A stretch of DNA of 63,858 nt, counting the filler, from Reticulomyxa filosa (taxonomy: Eukaryota > Protista > Foraminifera), in the NCBI GenBank assembly GCA_000512085.1. It is 16 parts of 16 records of this genome, joined end to end, with 100 filler letters (N's around TTAATTAATTAA, not from the genome) between each part and the next. Parts side by side here need not be neighbours in the genome. Positions count along the whole stretch, not along the records: positions 34,435 to 50,766 come from ASPP01009226.1; 15 more parts are not named here. The stretch is one strand, 5' to 3'. The translations under genes and the position numbers were made by a program. The notes beneath the pieces are model-generated. The model was not told where the DNA came from and searched no databases. It worked only from the letters and a program-made list of their open reading frames with translations. Of this stretch, positions 36,260 to 48,937 are shown in pieces; the first letter of the stretch is position 1; every line of letters begins with the position of its first letter.

Positions 36260-38570
36260 GTGAGTACGTGTATGACGCCAAGCTATGTACAGATCGAAAA
36301 CAACGTTGGTTGATCTTATCTTTAAAAAAGCAATTTGGCTACATGATCTCTGCTTCACCAAAATACCCCAATCCAAAACTAGATTTGCTCAATAAACTGA
36401 CACAAGCAAAAAGCATAGTCAATGATCAAAAATTAGTTCTTGTTCACAAAAAAGTCTGTAATGTTCATTATTTTCACGAAAGTGATACAGAAACAAGATC
36501 AACATCCTTGAAAATAAAAAAACATCAACAAGATTGAAGCAGAGGCAGGCATAATAGAATGGCTCGAAGGGGCAGTCCAAAAATACGAGAAACAATTCAA
36601 TGAGAAACTATGCAAACTAAGTCGTCTTTCAGAAAAAATAATCTCATCCGAATTAGAAATGCAAGTTGACTGGCACTCATTGGGTATTTTTTGTCGTTCT
36701 TTGGTTTGTTTATAACAAAAGGATAAAAATTAAAATAATCATTATTATAACAGAAAGCGAGGCTGCACATTATTTAAATTTAATAAAATTAGATCATCAA
36801 AAAACACAACACGAAAATAATCAAAAATTTGAATTTCATGTAATTACACCAGAATGGCTTGAATCTTCAATATATCTACAAAACGAATTAAACAATTCAA
36901 ACAACAAAAATCAACAATTGCTCACACAGTTGGAACACTGCCAAAAAAAATGTGACGAGCTAACAGCAGAACTGAGTCGAACATTGAACAAACATGAGTC
37001 GAATGGCAATCTAGAAATAACGTACATTTTTGTTTCTCATTTGTGTTATAGCTTGTTGTTGATTATACGCTTGTGCATTTATAAAAAAGGGTCAACAACC
37101 AAACACAAAACGACATGTTAATAAAAAATTGATAGAAAATGGAAAAACAATTATGAAAGCATGTCAAATGAATATCAAAAAACAGCAACAACTTTTGAGC
37201 TTCTAAAAGAAGAGTGCCAGAACCTACGACAAAAATTGCACATTGTACAAAAAAATTCAGACACAAAAGTGCAAAGCTTAACGTTTTGTGTTTTTTTAAC
37301 AAAACAAGCGACTGTAAGAATTTGAATCTTTCTCCTTTTTACAGAGTGGAAAGGGTACAGATGGAAGATGCAATGTCACAGTTTTGTGAAGAGTTACACG
37401 AAAAATTACAGATAATCGATCTCATTATGTCAAAAGTTGCTGGTAAAGATTGGAGAATCTATCCGCAAGCCAATAACCACATCCTTGACAAAAAATTGTT
37501 TGGAGTCAAAAGTAGGTGGAATGGTTTTTGTTTTGTTACTATTTTGCTAATGTTTACAAGGACACTTTCGAATACGTTTTCACATAGCTAAAAATACCTT
37601 AAAAGAAAAGACGGACTCCGTGTTTTGTAATCTCTCTTCCTTAACTCAAGGATTAGCACATTTCGTGAAACAACAAGTTGAATTGAAGATTGCATGCTTC
37701 ACATCTTCTTTTCTAACTACGACTTTTTTTAAAAAAAAAGGAAAAGTTGGCCAAAGAGATGCAGACTGAAAATGCCAAAATGCTTGAAAACCTGACGAAG
37801 ACGTACCAAGTTAAAAGTGAGAAATCAGAAGAAGAAATGAAAAAAACAGTCCAAGATATTAAAAATCATATTGAATATGAATACAACAAATATCGCGAAA
37901 AAATGTGAAAAAGAAATCTCCATAGCTCATGAAAAATATAAGGAAATCCGAAAGGAGTGCAATGATCAGTACGAACAAGAAAGAAGGGCAATACTGGATC
38001 AAAATGAAAATGAAATTAAAAGATATTAATGTTAAATGAGAATAATGAACGTTCGTTAAAAGATCAAATCAATCACTTAAAAGATGAACTTACTAAACAA
38101 AAACAAGAAATAGTCGACGCACAAAATAAGACGTTAGAAGAGGCAAAAGCTGCATACAGAAATGAAATAAACCAGGTTGGTGAAAATGTTAGCTGTTTGA
38201 TTTGAAGTCTTGCTTTTTCACACCACAATTGAAATGATAAAATATTATCAAAATATTAACAAATAAGATTAAAGAATCGCACGTGATGGAAAAGCAAGAG
38301 TTGATGAAAAGACATGAAGAGATACTGCAGTCAATAACAAAAGATTTCAATGAAAAAAGTGCATTTGAACGTAAGCAGTGGAAAACCCAACAAGAGTTCC
38401 TTGAATCGCAAATGCATATCTTTTATGAACAGTTCAACAATGAGCTGCAAGCTATTCAAAAGTATCGTTATAAACAGGTACGTTATTTAGTGTTTATGTT
38501 TAGTACATTTGATTGAACGATCAACTTGGTCGACATAGACTAATAATCCCTTATTAAGAGGAGACGCGTC
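36260..38570 (+). CDS. Multi-exon coiled-coil protein or pseudogene, possible BRCT-like segment
   Basis: Series of E/K/Q-rich open frames; FHVITPEWLESSI resembles the BRCT terminal helix; some frame breaks. Confidence 0.4.
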
Positions 38571-39522
38571 AATTCCAAAATTATCTTACGGTGACAAACT
38601 CAACCAGTATCTTAACGACCAGTAAATAATTATTTTTGATTTCATTTTTCGATTTTTTTATGTTCTTTGGTATCGATAATTTTAACGATTCAATCAATTT
38701 TTAAGGTAAAATAAATTTAATATTTTTCTATGCAGACAACATCACATTTTATCATTATCAAATACTAATTTTGTAAATACTTTAAAATCAAGAAAAAATT
38801 CTAATCTTCGTCTGGTAGTACAAAGACTACATAAATTTGAAGTCTTGTGACGTTTGATAATTCTGCTTTTTTGTTATGGCACTCCGTACACACATTCTTC
38901 ATTTTATGGAAAAATATCGAAGTGTAGGAACAGTGAGACTAAGTGTAACGAAAGGATCTTAGTTCCGAAACAAGTTTCAATAAAAGGAAAGCAACAAATA
39001 ATTACAACCAGGTAAAGAAAAGAGTAAACCAAGAGAGAAAGTGAGTTGCATTGTGAAGTTTAGCTACTGGGGGGCCGCAAGGCTCCCTTAGAACTTTGGT
39101 ACTCGTAACAGGGATTTACCCTACAGAAATATCAAGAAAAAATAATTGGTAAATAAAAACAAAAAATGGGTTGTCTTGTTACAATTTTCTTATGGAGACA
39201 TTTGAGCGAAAACTCATCGCTAAAGATTACTCTGAATATACCACATTAATAAAGAACATTTACAACACGAAAATACAATAACGTTCAAAATGTAGCGTTT
39301 TTCATCGATACGTTACGACGTTCACAAAAAGGCTATAAACATTAACATAAATAAGTGAAAAATAGCTTTTCTTGTTTTGTTGTTCAGGTGTACCAGTTTT
39401 ATAAAGTTGCGTATCTTTTTTTTCTGAAAGGGTTCTTCTGCTTTTTCCCTTTAGGAAATTTCAAAGGGTTCAATTATTTGGTGAGGCCGAGACTCACAAT
39501 ATATTATTCAAACTCATATCCC

Positions 39523-40548
39523 ATGTCACAAAATGATGAAGAGAAAAAAGAAGAAGTAAAAGAGGAAAAAAAAGAAGAAATAGAAGAAAAAAAATTCGAC
39601 TTGACAGATGAAAATGATTTTTTGATGTCTTCTTCCATAAATGAAATGGAAATGATACGAGAAGAAATTGGGAAAAGTCAGCCATTAGTAAGTGATCCAA
39701 AACCATTGGAACACTTGTTAAAAGAGTTTAACGACCACTCGAATTATCGCAGGCAAATAGAAACGTTGATAACAAACAAACAACACTCGGCTTATCGGCA
39801 ATTACGTGCCGATGGAAACTGTTTTTACCGTGCATTTCTGTTAGGATTATTTGAGACAGTTGAAGCAACAAAAAATGAGCAAATATTGGAAACTGTGACC
39901 AAAAACGTCGTAACATCTAACGACCGATTAGTCAAATTTGGATGTTTGTTTTTGTTTTTCTTTTCTTTTTTTTTTTTTTAAAAATCCAACAAAATTGCGA
40001 AACTAAAACCAAAAAATGCAGATGAACAATTTGCACTTAGTGAATTTTATGAGTCCTTCATGGACGAATTAGCATTATATCAATCCATTCTTTCCTCTGA
40101 TGACTCCAGCGGAGTAAACATTGCTGAAAGCACTGCAGTTCAAAAATTGAGTGATGAATCACATGTTGAGTTGTTTGTTTTGTGTCGTTCTTTGAATGAA
40201 GCCAAAGTATTTTTTAATTTAAAAAAACAGTCGAATTACCTAATATTTTGGGCACGAATGCTGACATCATTACAAATGCAAGAAAATGAAAAGCATTTTA
40301 GCCAGTTTGTTCAAGGGAAAACCTTTCGCGAATTCTTGCAAACAGACGTTGAGGCAGTGCATGCAGAGGCCGATCATCCACAGTTTTGCGCGCTTTCCAT
40401 GGCAATTGAAGTACCAGTGCGAGTGTTTTGCCTGGAAAATGTGGAAACTGGAGGACCTCAGGTTGTCACAATTCCTGAAAATGGTCAACCACTCTTTGAT
40501 TTACTGTACAGACCTGGTCATTACGATATTTTGTATAGGAAATCATAA
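39523..40548 (+). CDS. OTUB1: Otubain-family deubiquitinase (peptidase C65), 3 exons
   Basis: YRQLRADGNCFYRAF (catalytic Cys) and LLYRPGHYDILY (catalytic His); introns 39944-40021 and 40165-40230. Confidence 0.92.
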
Positions 40549-41163
40549 CACTTTCTAAGAATAATCACTTCTTCATACACATTTTTTGCTTTGATGGTTT
40601 CAATAATGCCAACATTCTCATCTTCACTCATGGTCCATTGCCTTTTTTTGTTTTCATTCTCAATTTTGAAAGTAAGCAAGTTTTTTCCTCATATCCTCTC
40701 AAACTATCTTGGATGCTTGATAATTTAGTTTTTGACTTTTTTTAACTCTACAAAATCAATATTTTGATTTATTAAATGCATTGCTTTTTAAAAAGATCGA
40801 GCCAAATCATGATAAAAGAAATGCATTTTGAAAATTGTCAATCAAAAGTTAACTTTTTTTATGTGACACACAAAAGCGAAGATTGAACACAAAAATGCTG
40901 CAAGCGCGTGAAAACAAAATATAAAAAGTCCCGACGAGCAGAGCTGTTGAAAAAGGGCACAAATAAAAACAAATGCACTATTTTTAAATGTGCATTCAAC
41001 TTGTATGCTCGGGTAATCGACAGGTAACGGGAAAAACGCAATTACTAAAAAACAATAGAACTAAAGCCGAAGGAAAAAGAGAAGAGGAAAAAAAATAAGC
41101 AAAATAAGAAAGAGAGAAAAACCAAGCATACAAAACAAACACCCAAAAAGTATTCAATCATCA

Positions 41164-42363
41164 CTATATGAAATGATGACGCAGAAAAGACAAATAGCTG
41201 TTGTCATCTGACGAAGACGAGGATGAGGATGAAGATGAGGAAGAGGATGAGGATGAGGACGAGGACGAGGATGAAGACGAGGACGAAGACGAGGACGAAT
41301 CATCAAAACTATCCCATTCATCGTCATGAATCAATCTTGGCCACACACGTTGAAACGTTGGCATGGGAGTCGGAGCAGGTGATGCTTTTTAAAAGAAAAA
41401 CATAAACAAGCAATTATATTTTATTCATGTCTTTTTTTTTTTTTTTTCCTTTTGTTGTCCTTTTTTTTTTCCCTCCTTCTCTTTTGTACCATTCTGCTCT
41501 GCTAGGGCAATCTTTTCTTGATACACGTTACATCCTTGCTGTGCCACTTGTTGTAAAAGCAGAGCGAGGAATTCATCGCCGACCCAAATCAGGGAATCAA
41601 TAAGGACCCCTTCGTTCCATGAAAACTTTTGTTCAAAGTCACTGAAGGCGTTGGATGACAACGCTACGAGATAACTCGTATCAATTCCCGACAATTCATA
41701 TTGTGTACCGACTGTCGGCAAATTCGCACAAGGGTAGTCACTAGGGGTGTTTGCTGCGATTAGTACGAGGTAGCGTGCGCTATTTGCACTGCTCCATTCC
41801 AATTCATTTTCGATGTATTCCAATCCTGCGCCTATGCATTTTTTTTTTTTTTGTATACAATTTACTTGACAAAAAAAAAAAGAGACCCCCTTTCTTTCTC
41901 TCCTTTAAAAAAAAAAAAAAATATACATATAAAAATTACATGCATTCGAAACAAGATACACGTCTCCTTTGTACGGAATGCTGCTGATTTGGCTAGACGT
42001 CGGATCGTTGTAAACACTCAACAAATCTGACGCACCATTGGTCCCATACACAACCACGTGAACGTGTGTAGAGGAAGATTGAATTTTATCAACGTACAAC
42101 TTTGGTATATACTTCACTACCCGGTCGAACATGTCTTGAGACATGGCCGATGATTCCAACAGAAATACTACGTCCATTGTTGCTCGAGAGCTTTCTACGT
42201 TTTTACATAAGCACAAAGACCCATAAACAGAGCAGTAATCAGCAAACTCTTCCAGGCTGCAGTTTGATACCGACAACGTTTCCACACAGCCGGCGCTGCT
42301 TTGCGCAGAACAGAACGTGAACAAAATCATATGCAGAACTACTAGCACTTTTATCGATGTCAT
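41164..42363 (-). CDS. Secreted vWA-domain protein with Ser-rich tail (multi-exon)
   Basis: Signal peptide MTSIKVLVVLHMILFTFCSAQ; DVVFLLESSAM (degenerate MIDAS), VHVVVYG, RYLVLIA; poly-Ser exon. Confidence 0.65.
41209..41298. repeat. (GAYGAR)n hexamer repeat
   Basis: Reads DEDEDE on + and poly-Ser on the coding - strand. Confidence 0.9.
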
Positions 42364-42735
42364 TCTTGATATAGTCGAACAATTATTCCAGAAAAGAAAC
42401 ATATAGATTTGTCTGCTAAAAAAAAACCTAAGTGTAGTAAACGTGTAAGAATTAAACTATTCGGTTCTCTTTTTTTTTTAAGGAGTAAAAAAAAGAATAA
42501 ATTCCTAACTAAAACTGTAACGTCAGGAATACAAGTTTGTTGATCGAACATAGAAAAAATTTTAATTCAACATTTTCTTTACTCACGACCTGAATAACCG
42601 TTTTAAAAGCTATCTTGTGATTGTTTGGGTTTTATGATTATTTGCACTGGCTTTCCTTCCGTCCACACAAACAATCTTTAAGGTCGACGCCTGTTCACTG
42701 CTCAAAAAATTTTTTGAAACACAATCTGTATAATC

Positions 42736-45294
42736 ATGCTTGACCAACATATTTTTCCAGAGGCATATATGCCCTTGGTTGAGCGTATAATATTGTTATT
42801 ATTATTTCTAACGTTGGTGTTTGCAGTTGCATTTGAACTTCTCTCGTTTAAGACGTGCGCCTTGGCATTTCCAACATCGGTAAAAATGTTTAGAAAAGCT
42901 GAAAGACAAAAAAGGAGCAAAAAGAGTGTATGAATAGAGCAGTTGCTTTGTTTGTTGCAATGAAACATACTCTTGTGAATTTGGGGGGGGGAATAATGTA
43001 AAGGCATACGCGATAGGTCCTTTGTATAGTATGTTTTATGGACTGATAATGCTTTCGATGATATTGTATCAAGCGTATATCAAAGGGTACGGTATTCCAT
43101 ATTCAGTGAGAAAATATCCGAAGTCGAAACTGATACCGTTGGGAATCTTCCAAGCACTGGCGGCAAGTGTGACATTTGTGGCAGTCTCTCGCGATATTCC
43201 CGGATCATTGATGATAATACTGTTGCAACTGCATTTGCCGGCCTCGATAGTACTGTACAAATTCTGGCATCAAACGAGCATCGATCGAACGCACGCGATA
43301 GCAATAATGGTGATGTTTGTCGGCGCGATAATCGGATGCGTATCGATATCGTTGGGAGAGTTGGGGAATAACTATTACCAAGCAGATAAGAATCAGTACA
43401 TAAACGCGTGGTATTACGCAGGAGTGTTGATATTCTGTGCGATCCCAGGCGGATTTGCAATCCTCGTCCGCGAAGAGATGCATGCCCAAGTGCCGGAAAT
43501 GTCGTCCGAGTATATCCAGTCTGGGGAGCACTGACGCAAAGTCTATTGGCATGGGCACTGTCCCCGGGACTGTTCTTTCTGCAAAATCCGGAAAGCAGCT
43601 TTGGAAATTTCGGACGCTTTCTGAGTGACGGTTTGAGCTGTCTGTTCAATGGACATCCCAACGACGTGACCATCTGTCCAGAGACGAAGCAGTCGATGGT
43701 CTATTTCACTGTCTGGCTCATTGCAAGTGTCGGCGTATCCGTGCTCATGCAATTGGTATCACTGCGCTTGACACCCATCCTTTGTCGCATCGCCGTCATT
43801 ATCGGCATGATCCTGGCCTTTGTCATGTTCCAAACAGGAGTCCCGAGCTTCTATTTCACCAATCAATTATATCCCAACTCCAAGACTGGAGACGTGCTGG
43901 ACGAGTGTCTGTTGCTGGGAATGCTGTGCGTCACCGTTGGCAACGTGATGCTGTTGATGGACTTTTCGAGCGCACGTCCCGCGCCGCTCTTGGACTTGGA
44001 GTTCGAAGAGGTTACAAAGGTCCCCGCTCTCGACGGTGAGCAAATCGATACCAAAATACACCAGCTGGAAAGTGAACGTTGGATTGAAGAGAGAAAGAGA
44101 CTTCGAGAACAAAAGCAAAGGCAACAGGCATATCGTTATGCCAATGATCACACCACTGAGGATTTGCGTACTTTTGCACAAAAGCAAACTCATCATGCCC
44201 ATGCTCATACCCATATGCATGGTCATGATCATCATCATGGTCATGGTCATGACCGTAGTCGTGATCATCATCATGAAGATGACCAATTTCGTCGTCGTTC
44301 CTATCATCGGCAATATCACGACCACAACCACAATTATGATCCCCGTAATCATGATCAGTATCATTACTACAACGATACTTCCCCTCCTCCTTCTCATCCT
44401 CATCCTTCTTCTTCTTCTTCTTCTTCTTCTTCTCGCACAACACGCAAAAACTCTTGGACCACTCCGAATGACATGTCTGTTCCTCAACGCCATTATATAA
44501 TCGAAGAGGAAGAGGAAGAAGTGAGCACGCCAAAGGCCGAGGAGATGGATCCCACTGTCAAAAATGCAAATGCTTCGTTCGACTATGCCACTTCTGACAA
44601 CGCTGGCGCGACGACCAATGATCAAATGTACTTAGAGTATTTGCTTCAAAAGCATCATCACGAAACCAATCCGCAGTACATTTATTATCGCAAAAAACGA
44701 CGACATACATTTCATCAAGAGTTTTACAATACTCATCGAAATGTCTCCGAACAGGTTCCTTCTGCTTCCACTTCCACTTCTGTCCGAGACGACTTTTCGT
44801 CACAAATGTTTTTCCCAAGAACGCGGTCGCAATCCATGAATGTGCCTTACATGCAACACGATCTCAACTCCCATTCCGGAATAGGACACAACGAAGACAT
44901 CAATCGACGTCAAGCTCCACCACCTCCTACGTCATCGAGAGAGAGGGGCAGCTCTCATTCTACTTTTTATCAAAATTTCGGATGGAGCAAGAGCGCCAAC
45001 GAAATTGAGCGCGAAAAGTACCGTCGTCGGTCTCTCGACGATCACAAATATCAAAAGGAAAGCTACTTACAAAAATTGCGCGAACAACAAGAAAAGAGGC
45101 GAATACAAGAAGCGAAAAGACAATATTACAAATCTGGAGAAATGAACACTGGCATTATGCGGATTTGTGAACCGACGAAAAACGACCTGTTCCTGGAAGA
45201 GTTTGCCGTCAGTGATCCGTTGGCTTCTACCACTGATGAAGGTATTGAAGAGACCATGGATTCAGATTTAATGCAGACTTATGCCAGCAGATGA
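42736..45294 (+). CDS. CRT-like (chloroquine-resistance-transporter family, DMT superfamily) membrane protein with long His-rich tail; one frameshift
   Basis: About 10 TM segments; YPKSKLIPLGIF, PGSL..ILLQL.LP and W...Q...P...DGLSCLFNG....C match the CRT/CLT pattern; intron 42880-43003; 1 nt missing near 43520. Confidence 0.75.
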
Positions 45295-45869
45295 TCGCAA
45301 GCCAATATATAAAAAAAAAATTGTCCATGTGGTGTGTCTTCTTTTTTCTGGTGTAAAATTTTACAATAAAGCAGCAATAATTATACTTTGAGCAAAGGTT
45401 ATTTGTTTTGACTTGAGTTTCTTACAGCATTTTTGTTTTGTGTCCTTTGGGGAGTTTTTTGTTGTTGTGTTTTGAGTTGAATGTATTGACCGAATCTACT
45501 GCCATTGGGCATCCCGTCTCCAGTGATTAGAAAAAAAGGAGAGAACAGGTCAAAGTCAGTATATCTCCGGCTAGTCAGTCAGTCAAAGTAGGTCCATAAT
45601 CACTTTGTTTGGGTATCCCAAGACACTTGGATTACCAATTCACAAACGGTAGACAGATCGTAATATTTTTACACGCTGCAAAAATTGACTTTGTGTTCTT
45701 TTTTTAAACTCTCCAAAACAACTCAAATGCGATGCTTATTTCAAACTAACATGTGGCTGTCATGGATCAATTAACAATTTTCGAAGAAAAAGATAAATAA
45801 GTGACTCTTTTTAGTTTCAATAAACCTCAAATATTTTTTTTAAAAAAAAGAGTTTGAATTGTGTGACGC

Positions 45870-46937
45870 TCACTGCTGAGCTGGAGATTTGGTGTTGGGA
45901 CTTTCGTCAAAACAGTCAAAAGCACGCATATACAACTGTAAAGCCTCTGGGTCTTGCTTCAACTCATTGTAAGCGCCCATCCAGTCCATTTGAGCAAATT
46001 TGGAAGAAATTTTGGAAAATTTGGGCTGTTTAGAAATTTCGTTGAGTGCGGCTTGATATCTTCGAAAGTGTTCATCTTTCATTAGTTCCATGTAATCTGC
46101 GTAGGTCGGTTGTTCTCCTTTCAGTGCCTTTTGTCCGAGTTTTTGGACAGCCGGACTTTGATTTAATTTCATCAGTTTCTTGCTAAACTCTTCTCCACCC
46201 AAATCAACCATTTGTTTTGTGATATCAGTTTGTAAATCAATAAACTCTTTATTTGCAAACGGCGATCCTGCCGGTTGAATATTTGACGCTGTGTCCCGTA
46301 TCACCGGTTCAGTGACATTTTTTTCAGTCAGTTTTTTTTGGAAGTCTGTCGGTGTCGTTTGACCGGCTCCATTCAGTTGCATCTTCAATGAAGCTTTGCA
46401 ACCGTTGATTGTCTCTTCAATGCTGTCACGACGAAAGTCTAATGGACTGGTTAGGTCTATTGCTGTGCCAAAGCTTTCCAATGCCTTTTCGTACTCATTC
46501 AATGCGACCTGAATCATCCCCATCACCAGGTGGCCTTCAATGTTGCGTGGATTCAATTCGATCGCCTTCAATGCATCGGTCATTGCGTTATGGTAGTCTT
46601 TGATGTGCAATTGTACAAACGCCCGTTTGCTGTATCCCTCGCTTGTGCTTTCGATTTCAATAGCCTGTGTAAAGTCATTTATACTCTGTAACGCATTGCC
46701 TCTTGACAAGTTTCGGTTTCCTTCTTTCAACAAATACAAGTGCGTCGAACCGCTCTTTGGTGCTGCCTTTGGTTCTTTCTTATTTGTGAGTGATTCTTTT
46801 TTAAAAAGAGTCCATTTCAAAGAAACAAAAACAAGTACTTTGGCCAAGTTAAAAAGCGAGCGTCCGAAATGGGTCAGACTGGGGGTAGTTGGAGGGAAAT
46901 TGCTGAAATTTCTGGCGAATGATAAGCCGCGCTTCAT
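45870..46937 (-). CDS. TPR co-chaperone-like protein (3 TPRs plus helical STI1-like C-terminus)
   Basis: EGN...FTQAIE, YSKRA...A..DA.KAIELNP, ...YEKALESF..AIDL; probable in-frame intron near 46836-46777. Confidence 0.8.
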   Translation of the reverse strand: MKRGLSFARNFSNFPPTTPSLTHFGRSLFNLAKVLVFVSLKWTLFKKESLTNKKEPKAAPKSGSTHLYLLKEGNRNLSRGNALQSINDFTQAIEIESTSEGYSKRAFVQLHIKDYHNAMTDALKAIELNPRNIEGHLVMGMIQVALNEYEKALESFGTAIDLTSPLDFRRDSIEETINGCKASLKMQLNGAGQTTPTDFQKKLTEKNVTEPVIRDTASNIQPAGSPFANKEFIDLQTDITKQMVDLGGEEFSKKLMKLNQSPAVQKLGQKALKGEQPTYADYMELMKDEHFRRYQAALNEISKQPKFSKISSKFAQMDWMGAYNELKQDPEALQLYMRAFDCFDESPNTKSPAQQ

Positions 46938-47290
46938 TTTTTTTTAACAAAAAATAAACCTTTGCACACGTTTGTGAGTTCCTCATGCTCCAAAAATGTA
47001 CTTTGACACAACATTAAAGCTGATTTTGTAAAATTTAACAAGCTAAATGAAACGTAAAAAAAAGAAAACAAAAAGTAAAGAAGCTCGATTTGATGACAAA
47101 GCTATTCAAGGAATAATTATTTACTGTGCAGAATTACAAAGAAACTATTTATGGTGATTGTTTGGTAGAGTTTAGACTTTTTTGTGGTTAGAAAAAAGTG
47201 TTTTTTTTTGTTTTCGGTAATGTAGAGGATTCAGAGTTCCTTCCCTACTTGCAAAAAGGCGTTTGCAATAAAAATAAAGAAACAACAAAG

Positions 47291-48937
47291 ATGAAATCAT
47301 CGCAAATGGACTTTCCAGAGTTCATTGCGACACTGAAAGAGGAGATAGCGGACCCGACCCAAAGAGAGTCGTTTGAACATCACATGCGTGTGATGCTGCC
47401 AAATTTGTTTACGAACAATAAGAAATCGAAGACGGCAAAAGCAGAGCAAATAACGTACGGCCCGTTGGCATGTAACACAGGAGTAAAGTGCCGAAGCCCC
47501 CGAATCGGAAGTGAGTATCAGGCGGATGTGCCAAAGAGAAGATCGAGTGAGAATGAAAACGAGAGATTGGAAGACCAGCCGTTGTGGTGCTGCCAGCACG
47601 TGGATCGAACGGACGTCGACGCGTATTTGAAGAAAGCGCGGCAAATTTTGGACGAAGCAACGCGTCAGTCGATGTGTGAAAAGAGCGTGTTGGACGAAGA
47701 GAAGACATTGGAGTTGCTGCACAGCGTGGACTATCAATTCGACAAAGCGTTGCGTCTTTTCAAAGAGAGCATGTGTGGGTTTACCCGCCAAAGCTCAATG
47801 TCGTCGCCGCATAATTTGGGCTGGTTTCACAAAGGCGATCTGAAAGTCGAGGACGTCTCCCACGTGCAGACACAGGACAATCAGATGCTGTCCTATCCGA
47901 TGCACGCGCGACAGTCGTTTTCGTCTTCGTCTTCGTCTTCGCAACTGCAGGGACAGTCGAGACAGCAATACTCTAATGCGATGACATCGGTGGGGACCTC
48001 TTCCATTGCGAATGGCAAGACTCCTTTGCCGCTGCGCACGAACAAAGGCGAAGATAACGACTATTGCTTTTATTGCGGTGACGGTGGCAAGCTGTTGATA
48101 TGTGACGCACCCAAATGTCACAAAGTATGGCACATCCTTTGCGCGGGATTGGCTGAGATGCCGCAATGCGAACATTGGTACTGTCCTTCTCACTGCTGTT
48201 GCTACTCGGCCGAGGGACATACCAAACGCAAAGCCAAACACGAGTCTTGCAAAGAGTTCATGTGCAGCTATTGTGGCAACGCATATTGCAAGGCTCACGT
48301 ACCATCCGTATGCACAAAATATGAATACTCGAAAATCGAATTTTTATGTGAAGAATGTCTGGTTCACGAAACCACAGGCAATTACAAAGCATCCGAACGA
48401 TTCAAAAATCGACTGACAGAGTTGCATTTGAAAAAAAACTGCTCAAATTATTCCACCTGTAACACAAATTCTGCTCTTATTGCAAATGACAATAAAATGC
48501 ATATCAAATACCATAATGTTGATAGCATGTTCAAAACTAATATCGTCCCAACAATCGTACCACACAATATCAATGCCAATCTCGTCGAAGACAAATTTGT
48601 CATTCGGCGGTATGGCGTCCAAGTGGACATTGAATGGTGGGACTTTTATCGTGCTGTTATTTCCAAAGGCGGTTTAGCCAAATTTAACATGCTCCAAGAC
48701 TGGAATAGTGTTGTTGTTGAATTGTTACAACCCTTTTCAAAACAAATGTCTGAAACTAAGTTTAATACATTTGTAAACAGTGAACAAACTTTTAAAATGT
48801 TTCAAAACGAGTATATGTTTAAACTATATCCTTACGAAGTCAAATATTGGCCAAAAAGTGGAGAGTTAAGTGCAACGATGCAACAACTTGTTGAAGAGTT
48901 GGGTGTTTTAGACGCCTTTCTGTTTGATTTGAGATAA
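47291..48937 (+). CDS. Chromatin protein: ELM2 + PHD + Cys/His-rich finger + ARID-like domain
   Basis: PRIGSEYQADVP (ELM2); CFYCGDGGKLLICD..C.KVWH..C...WYCP (PHD); FYRAVISKGG...W..V...LYPYE (ARID). Confidence 0.85.
   Translation: MKSSQMDFPEFIATLKEEIADPTQRESFEHHMRVMLPNLFTNNKKSKTAKAEQITYGPLACNTGVKCRSPRIGSEYQADVPKRRSSENENERLEDQPLWCCQHVDRTDVDAYLKKARQILDEATRQSMCEKSVLDEEKTLELLHSVDYQFDKALRLFKESMCGFTRQSSMSSPHNLGWFHKGDLKVEDVSHVQTQDNQMLSYPMHARQSFSSSSSSSQLQGQSRQQYSNAMTSVGTSSIANGKTPLPLRTNKGEDNDYCFYCGDGGKLLICDAPKCHKVWHILCAGLAEMPQCEHWYCPSHCCCYSAEGHTKRKAKHESCKEFMCSYCGNAYCKAHVPSVCTKYEYSKIEFLCEECLVHETTGNYKASERFKNRLTELHLKKNCSNYSTCNTNSALIANDNKMHIKYHNVDSMFKTNIVPTIVPHNINANLVEDKFVIRRYGVQVDIEWWDFYRAVISKGGLAKFNMLQDWNSVVVELLQPFSKQMSETKFNTFVNSEQTFKMFQNEYMFKLYPYEVKYWPKSGELSATMQQLVEELGVLDAFLFDLR

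Noticed and set aside
38886-38970. Group I intron-like P7 pairing (GACTA...TAGTT)
   Set aside because: No room for the P4-P6 or P8 domains; likely chance.
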